Assembly (NCBI GenBank): GCA_964639605.1
Contig: CAZXEF010000001.1
Location: 1-47,244, forward strand
Direction of reading: 5' to 3'
Length of the DNA: 47,244 nt
DNA from: an uncultured bacterium
GTDB taxonomy: Bacteria; Fermentibacterota; Fermentibacteria; Fermentibacterales; JCC-6
Shown here: piece by piece, positions 15,330 through 23,607 of the stretch
Position numbering within the stretch: the first letter of the stretch is position 1
Layout: every line of letters starts with the position of its first letter
Made by a program: the position numbers and the translations under genes
The notes under the pieces: generated by a model
The model's database searches: none
Told to the model about the DNA's origin: nothing
The model's input: only the letters and a program-made list of their open reading frames with translations

Positions 15330-15370
15330 TGTGGTTCTCCCGCCACATCCGGTGTGGTCCCCTCGCCACA
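15330..15370. promoter_or_regulatory. paired 18-bp palindromes, enhancer/UAS candidate for promoter B
   Basis: TGTGGTTCTCCCGCCACA (15330-15347) and TGTGGTCCCCTCGCCACA (15353-15370), with centres 23 bp apart. Confidence 0.6.
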
Positions 15371-15437
15371 TCCCTGCTTGGGCCATGGTTTCTTCCTGTG
15401 GTCCGGTTTCGGCCCCGGACCCCGGCCCTTGATTGGT

Positions 15438-16313
15438 TTAGTGGAAAAGTCTCCTGACGCGCCCCATCATCCTCTGCTGGACTACCTGATTCTCGATCCG
15501 GTGCGTGATGAACTGGGTAACGATGTTGTAGAAAGCCCACAAGGTTATCGCCTGCAGTTTCTGGTCCTCAAGCCGGACCCCGGATGAGACCTCGACCTCG
15601 CGGTGAAGGTCCTCGGTCTGTGTCTTGTTGAGCTTGAGTCCGGTGACGATGTTCTCGTATTCGGCTAGTGTGGTCACCCGGTCAACCCACTTTTCCCAGA
15701 TGCCAACCTGATCACTGAATCGCTTCATCCCGACGATGATCATTGCTTTCATGTCGTGGGTGCCATCCATCGGCTGGTGATGTTCGCGACGGTATTCGAT
15801 CTCCTTCGTGCCGACCGTCATCCCATTACTGCATATTATCCGGTATGCCCCGAAGATCGCCCGGAGCGCGATCGATCCATCAAGGCTATTGAAAGCATCA
15901 AAGCTTGGTGCGATTCCGCGCCCGCCGTCGGTGTCTCCCGCGACGGTCATTGCCGCCTCCGGGAATGTGTACTGCAGTCTCATTTTCGCACCGTCCTGCG
16001 GGAGCCATACCCGGCGTTCCGGCTTGCCGTATTCGGTCATTTCGTCCACGACGCTTTCGGCCATTTCGATCACCTGCTCGTGTCGGATGAGCTGGTAATC
16101 GTCGGTGACGATACTGAAGACTTCCTCGGTCTCCGGGTTGATCAGAGCCTTCTGGCCCTTGATTTCGATCCGGCGCCTGCTGGTGTCATCCCCGAAGTAG
16201 ACCGGACGCTCTTCGACCTTCGGAATTGCCTTCAGGGCAGACTCGACGCTCATTCCGCGCCCGGCCACCTTGCCTGTCATCCTTGCTTCTGTTGCTAATG
16301 CGTTTGCTGTCAT
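15438..16313 (-). CDS. DUF932-family protein
   Basis: Start trimmed to MTANALATE (ATG 16313) behind an AAGGAGGAAAC RBS. 'LRAIFGAYRIICSNGMTVG' resembles the R..C.NG core of DUF932. Confidence 0.6.
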   Translation of the reverse strand: MTANALATEARMTGKVAGRGMSVESALKAIPKVEERPVYFGDDTSRRRIEIKGQKALINPETEEVFSIVTDDYQLIRHEQVIEMAESVVDEMTEYGKPERRVWLPQDGAKMRLQYTFPEAAMTVAGDTDGGRGIAPSFDAFNSLDGSIALRAIFGAYRIICSNGMTVGTKEIEYRREHHQPMDGTHDMKAMIIVGMKRFSDQVGIWEKWVDRVTTLAEYENIVTGLKLNKTQTEDLHREVEVSSGVRLEDQKLQAITLWAFYNIVTQFITHRIENQVVQQRMMGRVRRLFH

Positions 16314-16384
16314 GTCGTTTCCTCCTTGCTGGCCGGGTTCAGGCCCGGCGCCCCGAGTGGCACCCCGCCACCCACCTTTAAAAA

Positions 16385-16401
16385 ATGCAAGCCTCGTGCC
16401 A
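16385..16401 (-). promoter_or_regulatory. sigma54 (-24/-12) promoter C
   Basis: The minus strand reads TGGCACGAGGCTTGCAT. The predicted +1 near 16375 is about 62 nt before the ATG at 16313. Confidence 0.75.
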
Positions 16402-16475
16402 GCCCGAACGGACGTTCGGTATATCCGTCGGACGCGGGCCTTGGGCGCTGGGTCCGGGTTCGACAATTCCTCAAT

Positions 16476-16511
16476 TGTGGTTCCGGGACCACAATGTGGC
16501 GAGGAGACACA
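16476..16511. promoter_or_regulatory. paired palindromes, enhancer/UAS candidate for promoter C
   Basis: TGTGGTTCCGGGACCACA (16476-16493, arms extend to ATTGTGGT/ACCACAAT) and the degenerate TGTGGCGAGGAGACACA (16495-16511). Confidence 0.55.
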
Positions 16512-16529
16512 TTTATAGCTCAAGCCCCG

Positions 16530-16555
16530 GAAAGCCCCGTCGGACGCGGGCCTTC
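16530..16555. repeat. conserved GC-rich hairpin, copy C2 (a related core, C1, lies at 16425-16440)
   Basis: gaaagccccgtcggacgcgggccttc has the same core in inverted orientation relative to copies A and D. Confidence 0.5.
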
Positions 16556-16635
16556 GCTGGTACCCAAATGGCAAGTGGGTTATGACCTTCGGGAGAGTGT
16601 GGTCCCGGCGCTACAGTGGGGGTATGGAGATGGTG

Positions 16636-16670
16636 TACAAAGGGTGTAAGTGGGATATACAAAGGGTGTA
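16636..16670 (+). promoter_or_regulatory. two 13-bp direct repeats (operator candidate) upstream of the rightward late block
   Basis: TACAAAGGGTGTA occurs at 16636-16648 and 16658-16670, a 22-bp period. Each overlaps a TGTACA half-palindrome. Confidence 0.45.
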
Positions 16671-16708
16671 CATCGGTTTATGCGTGGCATTTTCGGGAAG
16701 GTTCAGGT

Positions 16709-17197
16709 ATGGAGAAAAGGGAGAGACAAGAACTATTTCTGGTCATACTCAGGGCCAATGCTGGCAACATAAGTAGCGCCTGTCATGCGACGAGTATCAG
16801 CCGGTCGACCTATAACAAGTGGAGGAACGGCGATGAATGGTTCGCGGAGGCGCTAGCAGAGGTGCAAGAGTTCGTGGTTGATTTCGCGGAAAGTAAGCTG
16901 ATGGAAAACATCAGCGCCAACAGTTCCAGAGACATACATTTCTTCCTCAGCGCAAGGGGCAGGCATCGCGGATACGGTTCCGGGCGGGGTATCGGCGACG
17001 ACGACATGGCGCCACAATTGGCGTCTCCAACATACCCGCCAGAGCACGCATCGTTGGCGGACTGGGAGGCCGATGTCCGGCGCGCCAAAAACGCTCATCA
17101 AGGTTCGGACGCGGGGGGTTCGGCGGGGGGTCAGCCTAGACTATTATCGCGAAGGGCCGGTAAGGACGGGCATCCGGACGGTAACTACAGCAACTAG
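16709..17197 (+). CDS. HTH protein, terminase small subunit-like
   Basis: Start trimmed to MEKRERQELF. 'FLVILRANAGNISSACHATSISRSTYNKWRNGDEWFAEALAEVQE' fits the N-terminal HTH pattern common in small terminases. Confidence 0.45.
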   Translation: MEKRERQELFLVILRANAGNISSACHATSISRSTYNKWRNGDEWFAEALAEVQEFVVDFAESKLMENISANSSRDIHFFLSARGRHRGYGSGRGIGDDDMAPQLASPTYPPEHASLADWEADVRRAKNAHQGSDAGGSAGGQPRLLSRRAGKDGHPDGNYSN

Positions 17198-17421
17198 CGC
17201 GGGGTATCTCGATGAATCCACAAAAAAACAAAAACCAAATCCGATATTCCCTAGGGAGGGAAGGGGGGTATGCGGCAAGGAGAGGCCAAATCCGGAAGAT
17301 TGGGTGGATATTATTGTCCAATATATCCTCCGCTATAATTAGGTATCTGGAGCGGGGGTTTCGTCGGGGTTTCCAAGGACCGCGACGGCATGGCAAGACA
17401 GTTAACAATTATGAAGGGGGG

Positions 17422-17451
17422 TTGACGAGGGTACGCCTCGCATGGTATAAT
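17422..17451 (+). promoter_or_regulatory. sigma70-type promoter with extended -10
   Basis: TTGACG (17422-17427), an 18-nt spacer, then TGgTATAAT (TATAAT at 17446-17451). It sits in the 420-nt gap. Confidence 0.6.
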
Positions 17452-17620
17452 CAAAGAGTCCAGCTTTTGGGGCCTATTTTTTCCCCCGAAACAAGCTCCG
17501 AAGGAGGCAGAGCGCGGGTAATTGAAGGGATGGCGCGAAGCGCCAGCGCAAAAATTAACCGTCGGGCTGGCTCCGGTCCGCAGGGGCACTCAGTACTTTC
17601 CAATAGCAAGGGAGTATGAT

Positions 17621-17758
17621 ATGACAATCAGATCAGTTGGCGGAGATAAATTCGTCGTACTCAGCAAAAAAGGAAAACGCCTGTCGAAGCCCCTTTCCAA
17701 AAAGGGCGCGAAGAAAAGGCTTAGGCAGGTTGAATATTTCAGCCGCCACAAAAAATAG
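17621..17758 (+). CDS. 45-aa highly basic protein
   Basis: MTIRSVGGDKFVVLSKKGKRLSKPLSKKGAKKRLRQVEYFSRHKK with an AGGGAG RBS. I trimmed the start of ORF 17522..17758 to it. Confidence 0.5.
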   Translation: MTIRSVGGDKFVVLSKKGKRLSKPLSKKGAKKRLRQVEYFSRHKK

Positions 17759-17804
17759 TATTTTGTGGGGTTGAGAAGATACACAAAAATAACACAAGGA
17801 GGGT

Positions 17805-18119
17805 ATGGAAATGTTAATCGCAACATACATGCAGGACCCGGAAATAACATTGGGGGAAGTGGCTGACAGGCAGCCATCGGACGGGGTTGGGCAGTTATGC
17901 TTCGTGGTGATGGACTTGGAGGCACCGCACAAGGCAATAGTTCAGCACGGCGCGAAGGCAATGGCAGAACTAGGAAGGGATGTTCACATGGTGGTGTCAG
18001 CACCTTGGGGGCAGCTCAAAAAAGCACTGGAGAAGGCCGAGAAAGAGGTTGAAGATCTGAAAGGCAAGCTCGCGAGTGCAAAAAAAGAAATAAAAACACT
18101 TAAAGAGGCCAGTAAATAG
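17805..18119 (+). CDS. hypothetical protein with a coiled-coil C-terminus
   Basis: 104 aa with an AAGGAGGG RBS. Confidence 0.55.
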   Translation: MEMLIATYMQDPEITLGEVADRQPSDGVGQLCFVVMDLEAPHKAIVQHGAKAMAELGRDVHMVVSAPWGQLKKALEKAEKEVEDLKGKLASAKKEIKTLKEASK

Positions 18120-18331
18120 TGGCTGGAATAACCAAAGAGCATATTGGAAATAGCATACAACTGTATTTTCGGGGGGGCAGCGCCGAGGGAATATATGCTC
18201 GCGCCGGGGAGAAAGAGGATCTATCGTACCTGTCAATATATGCCCCGACAAAAGAAGCCATATTAAAGGTGTGTGATGACCTCATCGAGTCAATTGAAGA
18301 ACGTAAAAGACAGTTAACCGAAGGAGAATGA
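18119..18331 (+). CDS. hypothetical protein
   Basis: GTG start abutting the upstream stop. Its own stop overlaps the TerL start. Confidence 0.45.
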   Translation: MAGITKEHIGNSIQLYFRGGSAEGIYARAGEKEDLSYLSIYAPTKEAILKVCDDLIESIEERKRQLTEGE

Positions 18332-19893
18332 TGCCATACTGGACCCCGCAAATAGGACCTCAGGCTGCGGCAGCGACGTGCCCCGCCGACGAAACCTTCT
18401 ATGGTGGAACAAGAGGTGGAGGCAAGAGCGATACCGCGATAGGGCGCCAAGTGCGCGGGGCCGAGAGGTATGGGCCGCACTGGAATGGATTATTCATACG
18501 ACGTAAGTACAAGGACTTGGCCGAGGTCCGTAGGAGATTTGATGAGCTGATAGCTCAGGGAATGCCCGCGATACGGGTCGGAGGAGAGAATCAGACAAAC
18601 TATGTCAGGTTTACGGATGGCCCCGCCACAGGAGCTGTGATAGTTCTGGCGGCTATCCTTAAGCTTGAGATGGCAGATGCATTTCAGGGGCACCAGTACA
18701 CGGAAATTACCATCGATGAGGCCCCGACGATACCTTTCATAGGGCAGTTGATAGACCGGATGAAGGGGTGTTTAAGGTCCCCACATGGGGTGCCGTGCCG
18801 GATGTTCCTGACCGGGAACCCCGGAGGATCGGGCGCTTCGCAGGCCAAACAGATGTATATACCAGAAGTAGATGGCGGGATGAGTCCCGTGGGCGACAGC
18901 GAAATATACAAGCTGGACGACGGAACTACTAGGGTATTCATTCGATCCACCGTGTATGACAACGCAATTCTGTGCGATAACGACCCAAAATATGTGCAGA
19001 GGCTGCAGTCTATTAAGGACCCCGTTCTGCGCAAGGCTTGGCTGGACGGAAGATGGGATGTATTCATCGGGCAGGCCTTCAACTTCACCGAAAGGCATAT
19101 CATCGACCCGATATGGCCTATACCGGAATTTGTGCCACTATACATGACATTCGACTGGGGCTTCGGAGCGCCGTTCCACATAGGATGGTGGTGGGTTGAT
19201 CAGTACAATCGACTGGTGCTGTTCGCTGAGTGGTATGGGTGCGAAAAGGGAAAGGCCAATGTAGGACTTAGGCTGGAAGACCCGAAAATCGCCGAGGGGA
19301 TACTTGAGCGCGAACAGAAAATGGGGATACTGGGGCGCAACATCAAGCGTCTGGTAGGGCATGATAGTTTCAACAAAAAGCCGGACTACAAGGGCGGAGG
19401 ACAGGGGGATTCTACAGCGGATGAATTTATAGCCTACGCATCCAGACCGGAAGTAATTGAAAAGTATGGCAGCAAGATAAACCTGAATTTGCTTCCGGGA
19501 GACCCCAACCGAGAATTGAAGATCAGGCAATTCAGAAACCGGCTGATGCTGCCGGACGACCCCGACGAGAGACCTATGCTGGTGGTGTACAGGACATGCA
19601 AGGATTTCATCAGAATAATACCGGACCTATGCACAGACGAGCTCACAGGAGAATACTTGGAGAATGGGCAGGAGCTGCATCCATTCGACAGCGCGTGCCA
19701 TATATGCATGGACAGGCCGGTGGGGCTGGACGAGATGAAAATAGCAAGGGAGCGCGAGGAACGGCGTCTGGAGCAGATCAGATCGCAGCTTGACGCCCCG
19801 TCTAGGGCAGCCGCAGACGAATTTGCGAAGATGGTTCAGGACCTGAAGGAGAAATCCGAGGAAAGGTTCGACGTTGGAATTTTCATGAACTAG
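18328..19893 (+). CDS. terL: terminase large subunit
   Basis: Walker A 'GGTRGGGKSD' and Walker B 'TEITIDEAP'. It is 521 aa and lies just upstream of the portal-size gene. Confidence 0.85.
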   Translation: MMPYWTPQIGPQAAAATCPADETFYGGTRGGGKSDTAIGRQVRGAERYGPHWNGLFIRRKYKDLAEVRRRFDELIAQGMPAIRVGGENQTNYVRFTDGPATGAVIVLAAILKLEMADAFQGHQYTEITIDEAPTIPFIGQLIDRMKGCLRSPHGVPCRMFLTGNPGGSGASQAKQMYIPEVDGGMSPVGDSEIYKLDDGTTRVFIRSTVYDNAILCDNDPKYVQRLQSIKDPVLRKAWLDGRWDVFIGQAFNFTERHIIDPIWPIPEFVPLYMTFDWGFGAPFHIGWWWVDQYNRLVLFAEWYGCEKGKANVGLRLEDPKIAEGILEREQKMGILGRNIKRLVGHDSFNKKPDYKGGGQGDSTADEFIAYASRPEVIEKYGSKINLNLLPGDPNRELKIRQFRNRLMLPDDPDERPMLVVYRTCKDFIRIIPDLCTDELTGEYLENGQELHPFDSACHICMDRPVGLDEMKIAREREERRLEQIRSQLDAPSRAAADEFAKMVQDLKEKSEERFDVGIFMN

Positions 19894-19902
19894 GGAGGAA
19901 AT

Positions 19903-20160
19903 ATGGAATATATTACTGGATTTCTTTTTGTGGTAGTGCTGGTGCTGCTGGCAATTATTGACAGGGAGCGCCGGGCATTCAGCAAAAAAGAGGAACGTTT
20001 CATTAACCGTATAATGGCCAAGGATTTAGAGGAATTTCGCAGGGTTACGGAAAGCATGGAAAAAACCCACGCCGATGTTATCAGGGAGATGGAGAAGGAA
20101 AATGAGCTGTATGAGAACATGGAGAAGAACACACGGCGCGGATTCAGGCTAACAGGATAA
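19903..20160 (+). CDS. hypothetical protein with an N-terminal TM helix
   Basis: 'ITGFLFVVVLVLLAII' is followed by a charged tail. There is an AGGGAGGA RBS. Confidence 0.55.
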   Translation: MEYITGFLFVVVLVLLAIIDRERRAFSKKEERFINRIMAKDLEEFRRVTESMEKTHADVIREMEKENELYENMEKNTRRGFRLTG

Positions 20161-20163
20161 TAT

Positions 20164-22209
20164 ATGCCAGATAACAAAAAAGACGATTTCGAGGTACTGT
20201 TCAACCCGGTCACTAATTTCTACCGGACGATGCTTGAGCGTATATGGTTCAGAAACATACTGTACTACATAGGCGAGCAGTGGATAGTGTGGGGAGAGGG
20301 AAATACTTTCGAGTACATGTACGGGTATGCAAGCGGCGTCCCGACGCCCGTCTCCGACATAATCAAGGATCATGTCAGGTCCATGAAAGCCTTGATAATG
20401 AACAAGAAATTTCGGGTCGGGGTGGTGCCAAACAGCATGGAGATGAAGGACAGAGATTCGGCAAAACTGTCCACGATGATATGCGACGATCTGTATCGCA
20501 GGAATGACTTCGAAGAGAAGGACATGCAGGAGCTGTGCGCGATGATGATGGTGCTGACCGGAAATGGATTTATCCGCACATTCCCCAACCCAAACAGCGG
20601 GAAATACGTTATAGATAAGGACGGAAATCCGGTGGTAGGAAAAGGGGATATAGCGACCGTAGCTAGAATGCCCTTCGACATATATACTCCGGACGCTGGA
20701 ATTATGCTGCGGGACAAGACCAAGGTCGGGATACGCACCTTGACCAGCAAGGAATGGGTCGAGGACACGTACAAGAAGAAACTGAAGGTATCGAGCGACA
20801 GTAGGCATCTGGCGGACTACCAGCGCCAACTGGCGGTATTGGTAGCGAATGTGTCCCCGTGGAAGGCAGCCGGTCTTGAAGCATCCCTCCAGAGCTTTAG
20901 CGAGGACGATGTGGTCATAGAGGAAATAGAATACAGGCCGACGATGGAATACCCGAAGGGGCGGCACATCGCTAGGTGCTGCGGGGAAGAGCTGTTCGAC
21001 AAGAAAGAACTGCCGGTGCCGGTAGGTAAGGATGGTAGCTGGGAGTACAGCATAACCCATTTCCAGTACAACTATAATCCGGGGAGCTTCTGGGCCAGCG
21101 GAGGAGTTGACCCATTGATAAGCCCTCAGGACACTATCAACAGAATAGATCAGGCCGCAGAGAACAATCGAGAGACTCTAGGGAGACCATTCGTCCTGAC
21201 CCCCTCCGAGCTTACTCTCCGAAGACTATCCAAGCGCGGGTCTAGACTGCTGGCCATAGAGTACGACGCGCAGAGTTCGCGCAATATGAAACCGGAGATA
21301 CACCCCGGTACTGCTATGCCGGACCAGATGTTCACCGATAGACAAAATAGGTTGCTGGCTGCTCAGGACGCGGGAGGAAACCCTAAGAACGTGCTGCGCG
21401 GGGGAACCCCATTTGCTGGTGCTGCGGGGATAGCGCTGGAGACACTGAGGGAAAGCGCAGAATTGTCGCATACCCCGGACGTGGACAGATACTTCCGAAG
21501 ATGGGGAGGGGTGAAAAGGAAACAGCTTATAATAGCCCAGAAACTATATACAGAGACTAGAATACTGAGAATACCCGGAGCAGGAAACAACGTTCTAGTA
21601 AGGAGCTTCAGGGGATCTGATATACACAATAACACCGATGTGAATATTGAAATGACCAGTGGTCTGGCATCTACTCAGTCGGGAAGGACGAGCCTATTGA
21701 TGGATACGATACAGTATGGACTGTGGAACGACCAGATGGTCAGGCCGGACCTCAGGCGTCAAGTATTGACACTGCTTGAACTTGGCGGAGTTGAAGAGAC
21801 GACAAACATACACATGGAGAGAGCGGAATACGAAAATAGCATATTGGTGCACGAAGAAAACCCGGAAGGTATAGCGCTGGTAAAGCAGGAGTCCGGAACG
21901 AAAATAGAGGATGTGGACGGGAAGGAATTAACTAGCGCAGCCAATGAGTCTGATCCGGTATTCAGACTGGACAACCACTCTATACATATGGAGGTCCACG
22001 ACAGACTGATATTCAGCAGGGAATTTTCGTCTCTCAGCAGAGACAAACAGGAAAATATAATAGGTCACAGGGACCTACACGCGACAATGCTGGCCCAGCA
22101 GCAGGAGTCACAGAGCATGCTGGATAACTTTGCCGAGGCAGATGCCGGAAGGGCAAAGGGAGGCATGAACGAAACATCAATGGAGGAGATATACAATGGC
22201 AGATCTTAA
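20164..22209 (+). CDS. portal protein
   Basis: 681 aa, directly after TerL and before the scaffold and capsid genes. The call rests on position and size, with no motif verification. Confidence 0.7.
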   Translation: MPDNKKDDFEVLFNPVTNFYRTMLERIWFRNILYYIGEQWIVWGEGNTFEYMYGYASGVPTPVSDIIKDHVRSMKALIMNKKFRVGVVPNSMEMKDRDSAKLSTMICDDLYRRNDFEEKDMQELCAMMMVLTGNGFIRTFPNPNSGKYVIDKDGNPVVGKGDIATVARMPFDIYTPDAGIMLRDKTKVGIRTLTSKEWVEDTYKKKLKVSSDSRHLADYQRQLAVLVANVSPWKAAGLEASLQSFSEDDVVIEEIEYRPTMEYPKGRHIARCCGEELFDKKELPVPVGKDGSWEYSITHFQYNYNPGSFWASGGVDPLISPQDTINRIDQAAENNRETLGRPFVLTPSELTLRRLSKRGSRLLAIEYDAQSSRNMKPEIHPGTAMPDQMFTDRQNRLLAAQDAGGNPKNVLRGGTPFAGAAGIALETLRESAELSHTPDVDRYFRRWGGVKRKQLIIAQKLYTETRILRIPGAGNNVLVRSFRGSDIHNNTDVNIEMTSGLASTQSGRTSLLMDTIQYGLWNDQMVRPDLRRQVLTLLELGGVEETTNIHMERAEYENSILVHEENPEGIALVKQESGTKIEDVDGKELTSAANESDPVFRLDNHSIHMEVHDRLIFSREFSSLSRDKQENIIGHRDLHATMLAQQQESQSMLDNFAEADAGRAKGGMNETSMEEIYNGRS

Positions 22210-22477
22210 AAGTATGAAAATGGGCAAGAAAGAGGCCAAAAAGATGTACGGCGAGTCTATACCAAGCGCCGAGGCAGAATACCCTTGGGGTCTTCAGATC
22301 GAGCTAGATGAGGAATCACTGGGTAAACTGGGTATGTCTATTGAGGATGTTACAGTAGGGGATGAGGTCGATGTAACTGCTGTAGCGATGGTGGAGAGCC
22401 TGAGGATGAGCCAGCATCAGGATGGAAGCAAATGCGAGAATATAACTTTGCAGATTACGAAAATGGGAATCAAATAA
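22196..22477 (+). CDS. hypothetical head-module protein
   Basis: 93 aa, overlapping the portal end by 14 nt. Confidence 0.5.
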   Translation: MADLKSMKMGKKEAKKMYGESIPSAEAEYPWGLQIELDEESLGKLGMSIEDVTVGDEVDVTAVAMVESLRMSQHQDGSKCENITLQITKMGIK

Positions 22478-22546
22478 CCTTTTATCCAGAGCTATATACC
22501 AAACACAGGGATACTGGTTCGGTGATATAGACGAATTGGAGGGAAC

Positions 22547-23584
22547 ATGGCAGATCATATTAGTACATTGTTTGATGGGGGAGTAGACGCCACTACGGCA
22601 GCCGGTGGAATTGCAGGCGGCGGACAAAGTGGGGGTCTACCCTTTGACAAAGGTGGCGGAGAAGGGGCAGGAGCCGCGCCGGAAGGGGCGTCTGCAGATT
22701 CTAAGCCAGCAAATGAGCATGTAGGCGACGACGAAGCCGGGGCAGGAAATGCTTCCGGGGCTGCCGGAGCTGAAGAGGGTCTAGAGCATCCGGGGGAAGA
22801 TACCGGGGATGGGTCAGATACAGGTGAGGGAGCGCAGGCTGGGAAAGAATCCCCAAGCAATGCGCAGGCGAACGAGGCCGCAGAAAGACTTCAGTCAATA
22901 CTCGATGAAAACGGATACGCGGACATTGATGAGCTGATGGCTGATGTCGAGACCGGGCGAACCCTGAAGGATATACTTGGGTCGCGCGACGCGAAGAAAG
23001 TGGTTGATGACGCCGATACTCTTGACAGGTACAAACAAGTGTGGGCCGCAGAGGAGCTTGAGGAGCAGCGAAGGAATGAAACTGAATCCGACAGAATAGC
23101 GCGGCTGGAAAAGGAAAATAAGGATTTAAAGAACGCTATACAAACAAACCAAAATAAAGCCAAAGAGGCTGAAACAGCAGAGAAATCTTTGAGGATCCTG
23201 AGTTCAGAAGTTGATAGGATTCTCGGCAAGGTAGCCCCTGACATGGGGGAGAGCGAGCGAGAGATGGCACTACTGGTACTTGGAGTTGATAACCCTATGG
23301 ATGACATAGACGATATAGGCAATGTTAGGTTGGTCCGGCCTACGGCAACCAACCTTGCCAAGAAATTCTCTAAGTTCATCGCAGACATAAAGCAGCAGGC
23401 GATAGATGAATATGCTGCCGGGAAAAGCGACTTCAAGCCACTTGATAAAGGTGGAACTGACACCAACGCACAGGGAGTGAAGGAAACCCGTCTAGTAACT
23501 GACAAGGACGATTCTAGAACCGGGTTTGCTAAAGCAGGTGAAAGGTTCAGAGAGGTGTTGCATCGCTTGGCGAATGCTGAGTAG
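22547..23584 (+). CDS. scaffolding protein
   Basis: The N-terminus is acidic Gly/Ala-rich low complexity. A long charged helical region (EELEEQRRNETESDRIARLEKENKDLK) follows. It lies between the portal and capsid genes. Confidence 0.65.
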   Translation: MADHISTLFDGGVDATTAAGGIAGGGQSGGLPFDKGGGEGAGAAPEGASADSKPANEHVGDDEAGAGNASGAAGAEEGLEHPGEDTGDGSDTGEGAQAGKESPSNAQANEAAERLQSILDENGYADIDELMADVETGRTLKDILGSRDAKKVVDDADTLDRYKQVWAAEELEEQRRNETESDRIARLEKENKDLKNAIQTNQNKAKEAETAEKSLRILSSEVDRILGKVAPDMGESEREMALLVLGVDNPMDDIDDIGNVRLVRPTATNLAKKFSKFIADIKQQAIDEYAAGKSDFKPLDKGGTDTNAQGVKETRLVTDKDDSRTGFAKAGERFREVLHRLANAE

Positions 23585-23607
23585 GCCCTAGGCGAGGAGA
23601 TCGAAAT

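Noticed and set aside
16455-16470. A 'GGGTTCGACAATTCC' stretch resembling a tRNA T-arm.
   Set aside because: There is no complementary 5-bp T-stem, acceptor stem or D-arm around it. I found no tRNA-like cloverleaf anywhere in the window.
16314-16574. The N-terminal 87 codons of ORF 15438..16574 (-), which would give a 378-aa protein.
   Set aside because: The extension runs through sigma54 promoter C, the palindromes and the GC hairpins. Its peptide (..RRPASDG..) is just their translation. A strong AAGGAGGAAAC RBS precedes the internal ATG at 16313.
20149-21060. Long antisense ORFs opposite well-supported genes: 9870..10556 (+), 11158..11682 (+), 15756..16298 (+), 20149..21060 (-), 22891..23616 (-), 36645..37259 (-), 37345..38007 (-), 41536..42006 (-), 43729..44568 (-).
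   Set aside because: These are shadow ORFs inside longer, motif-supported or operon-consistent genes on the other strand. They have low-complexity or odd composition, no RBS and no overlap logic.
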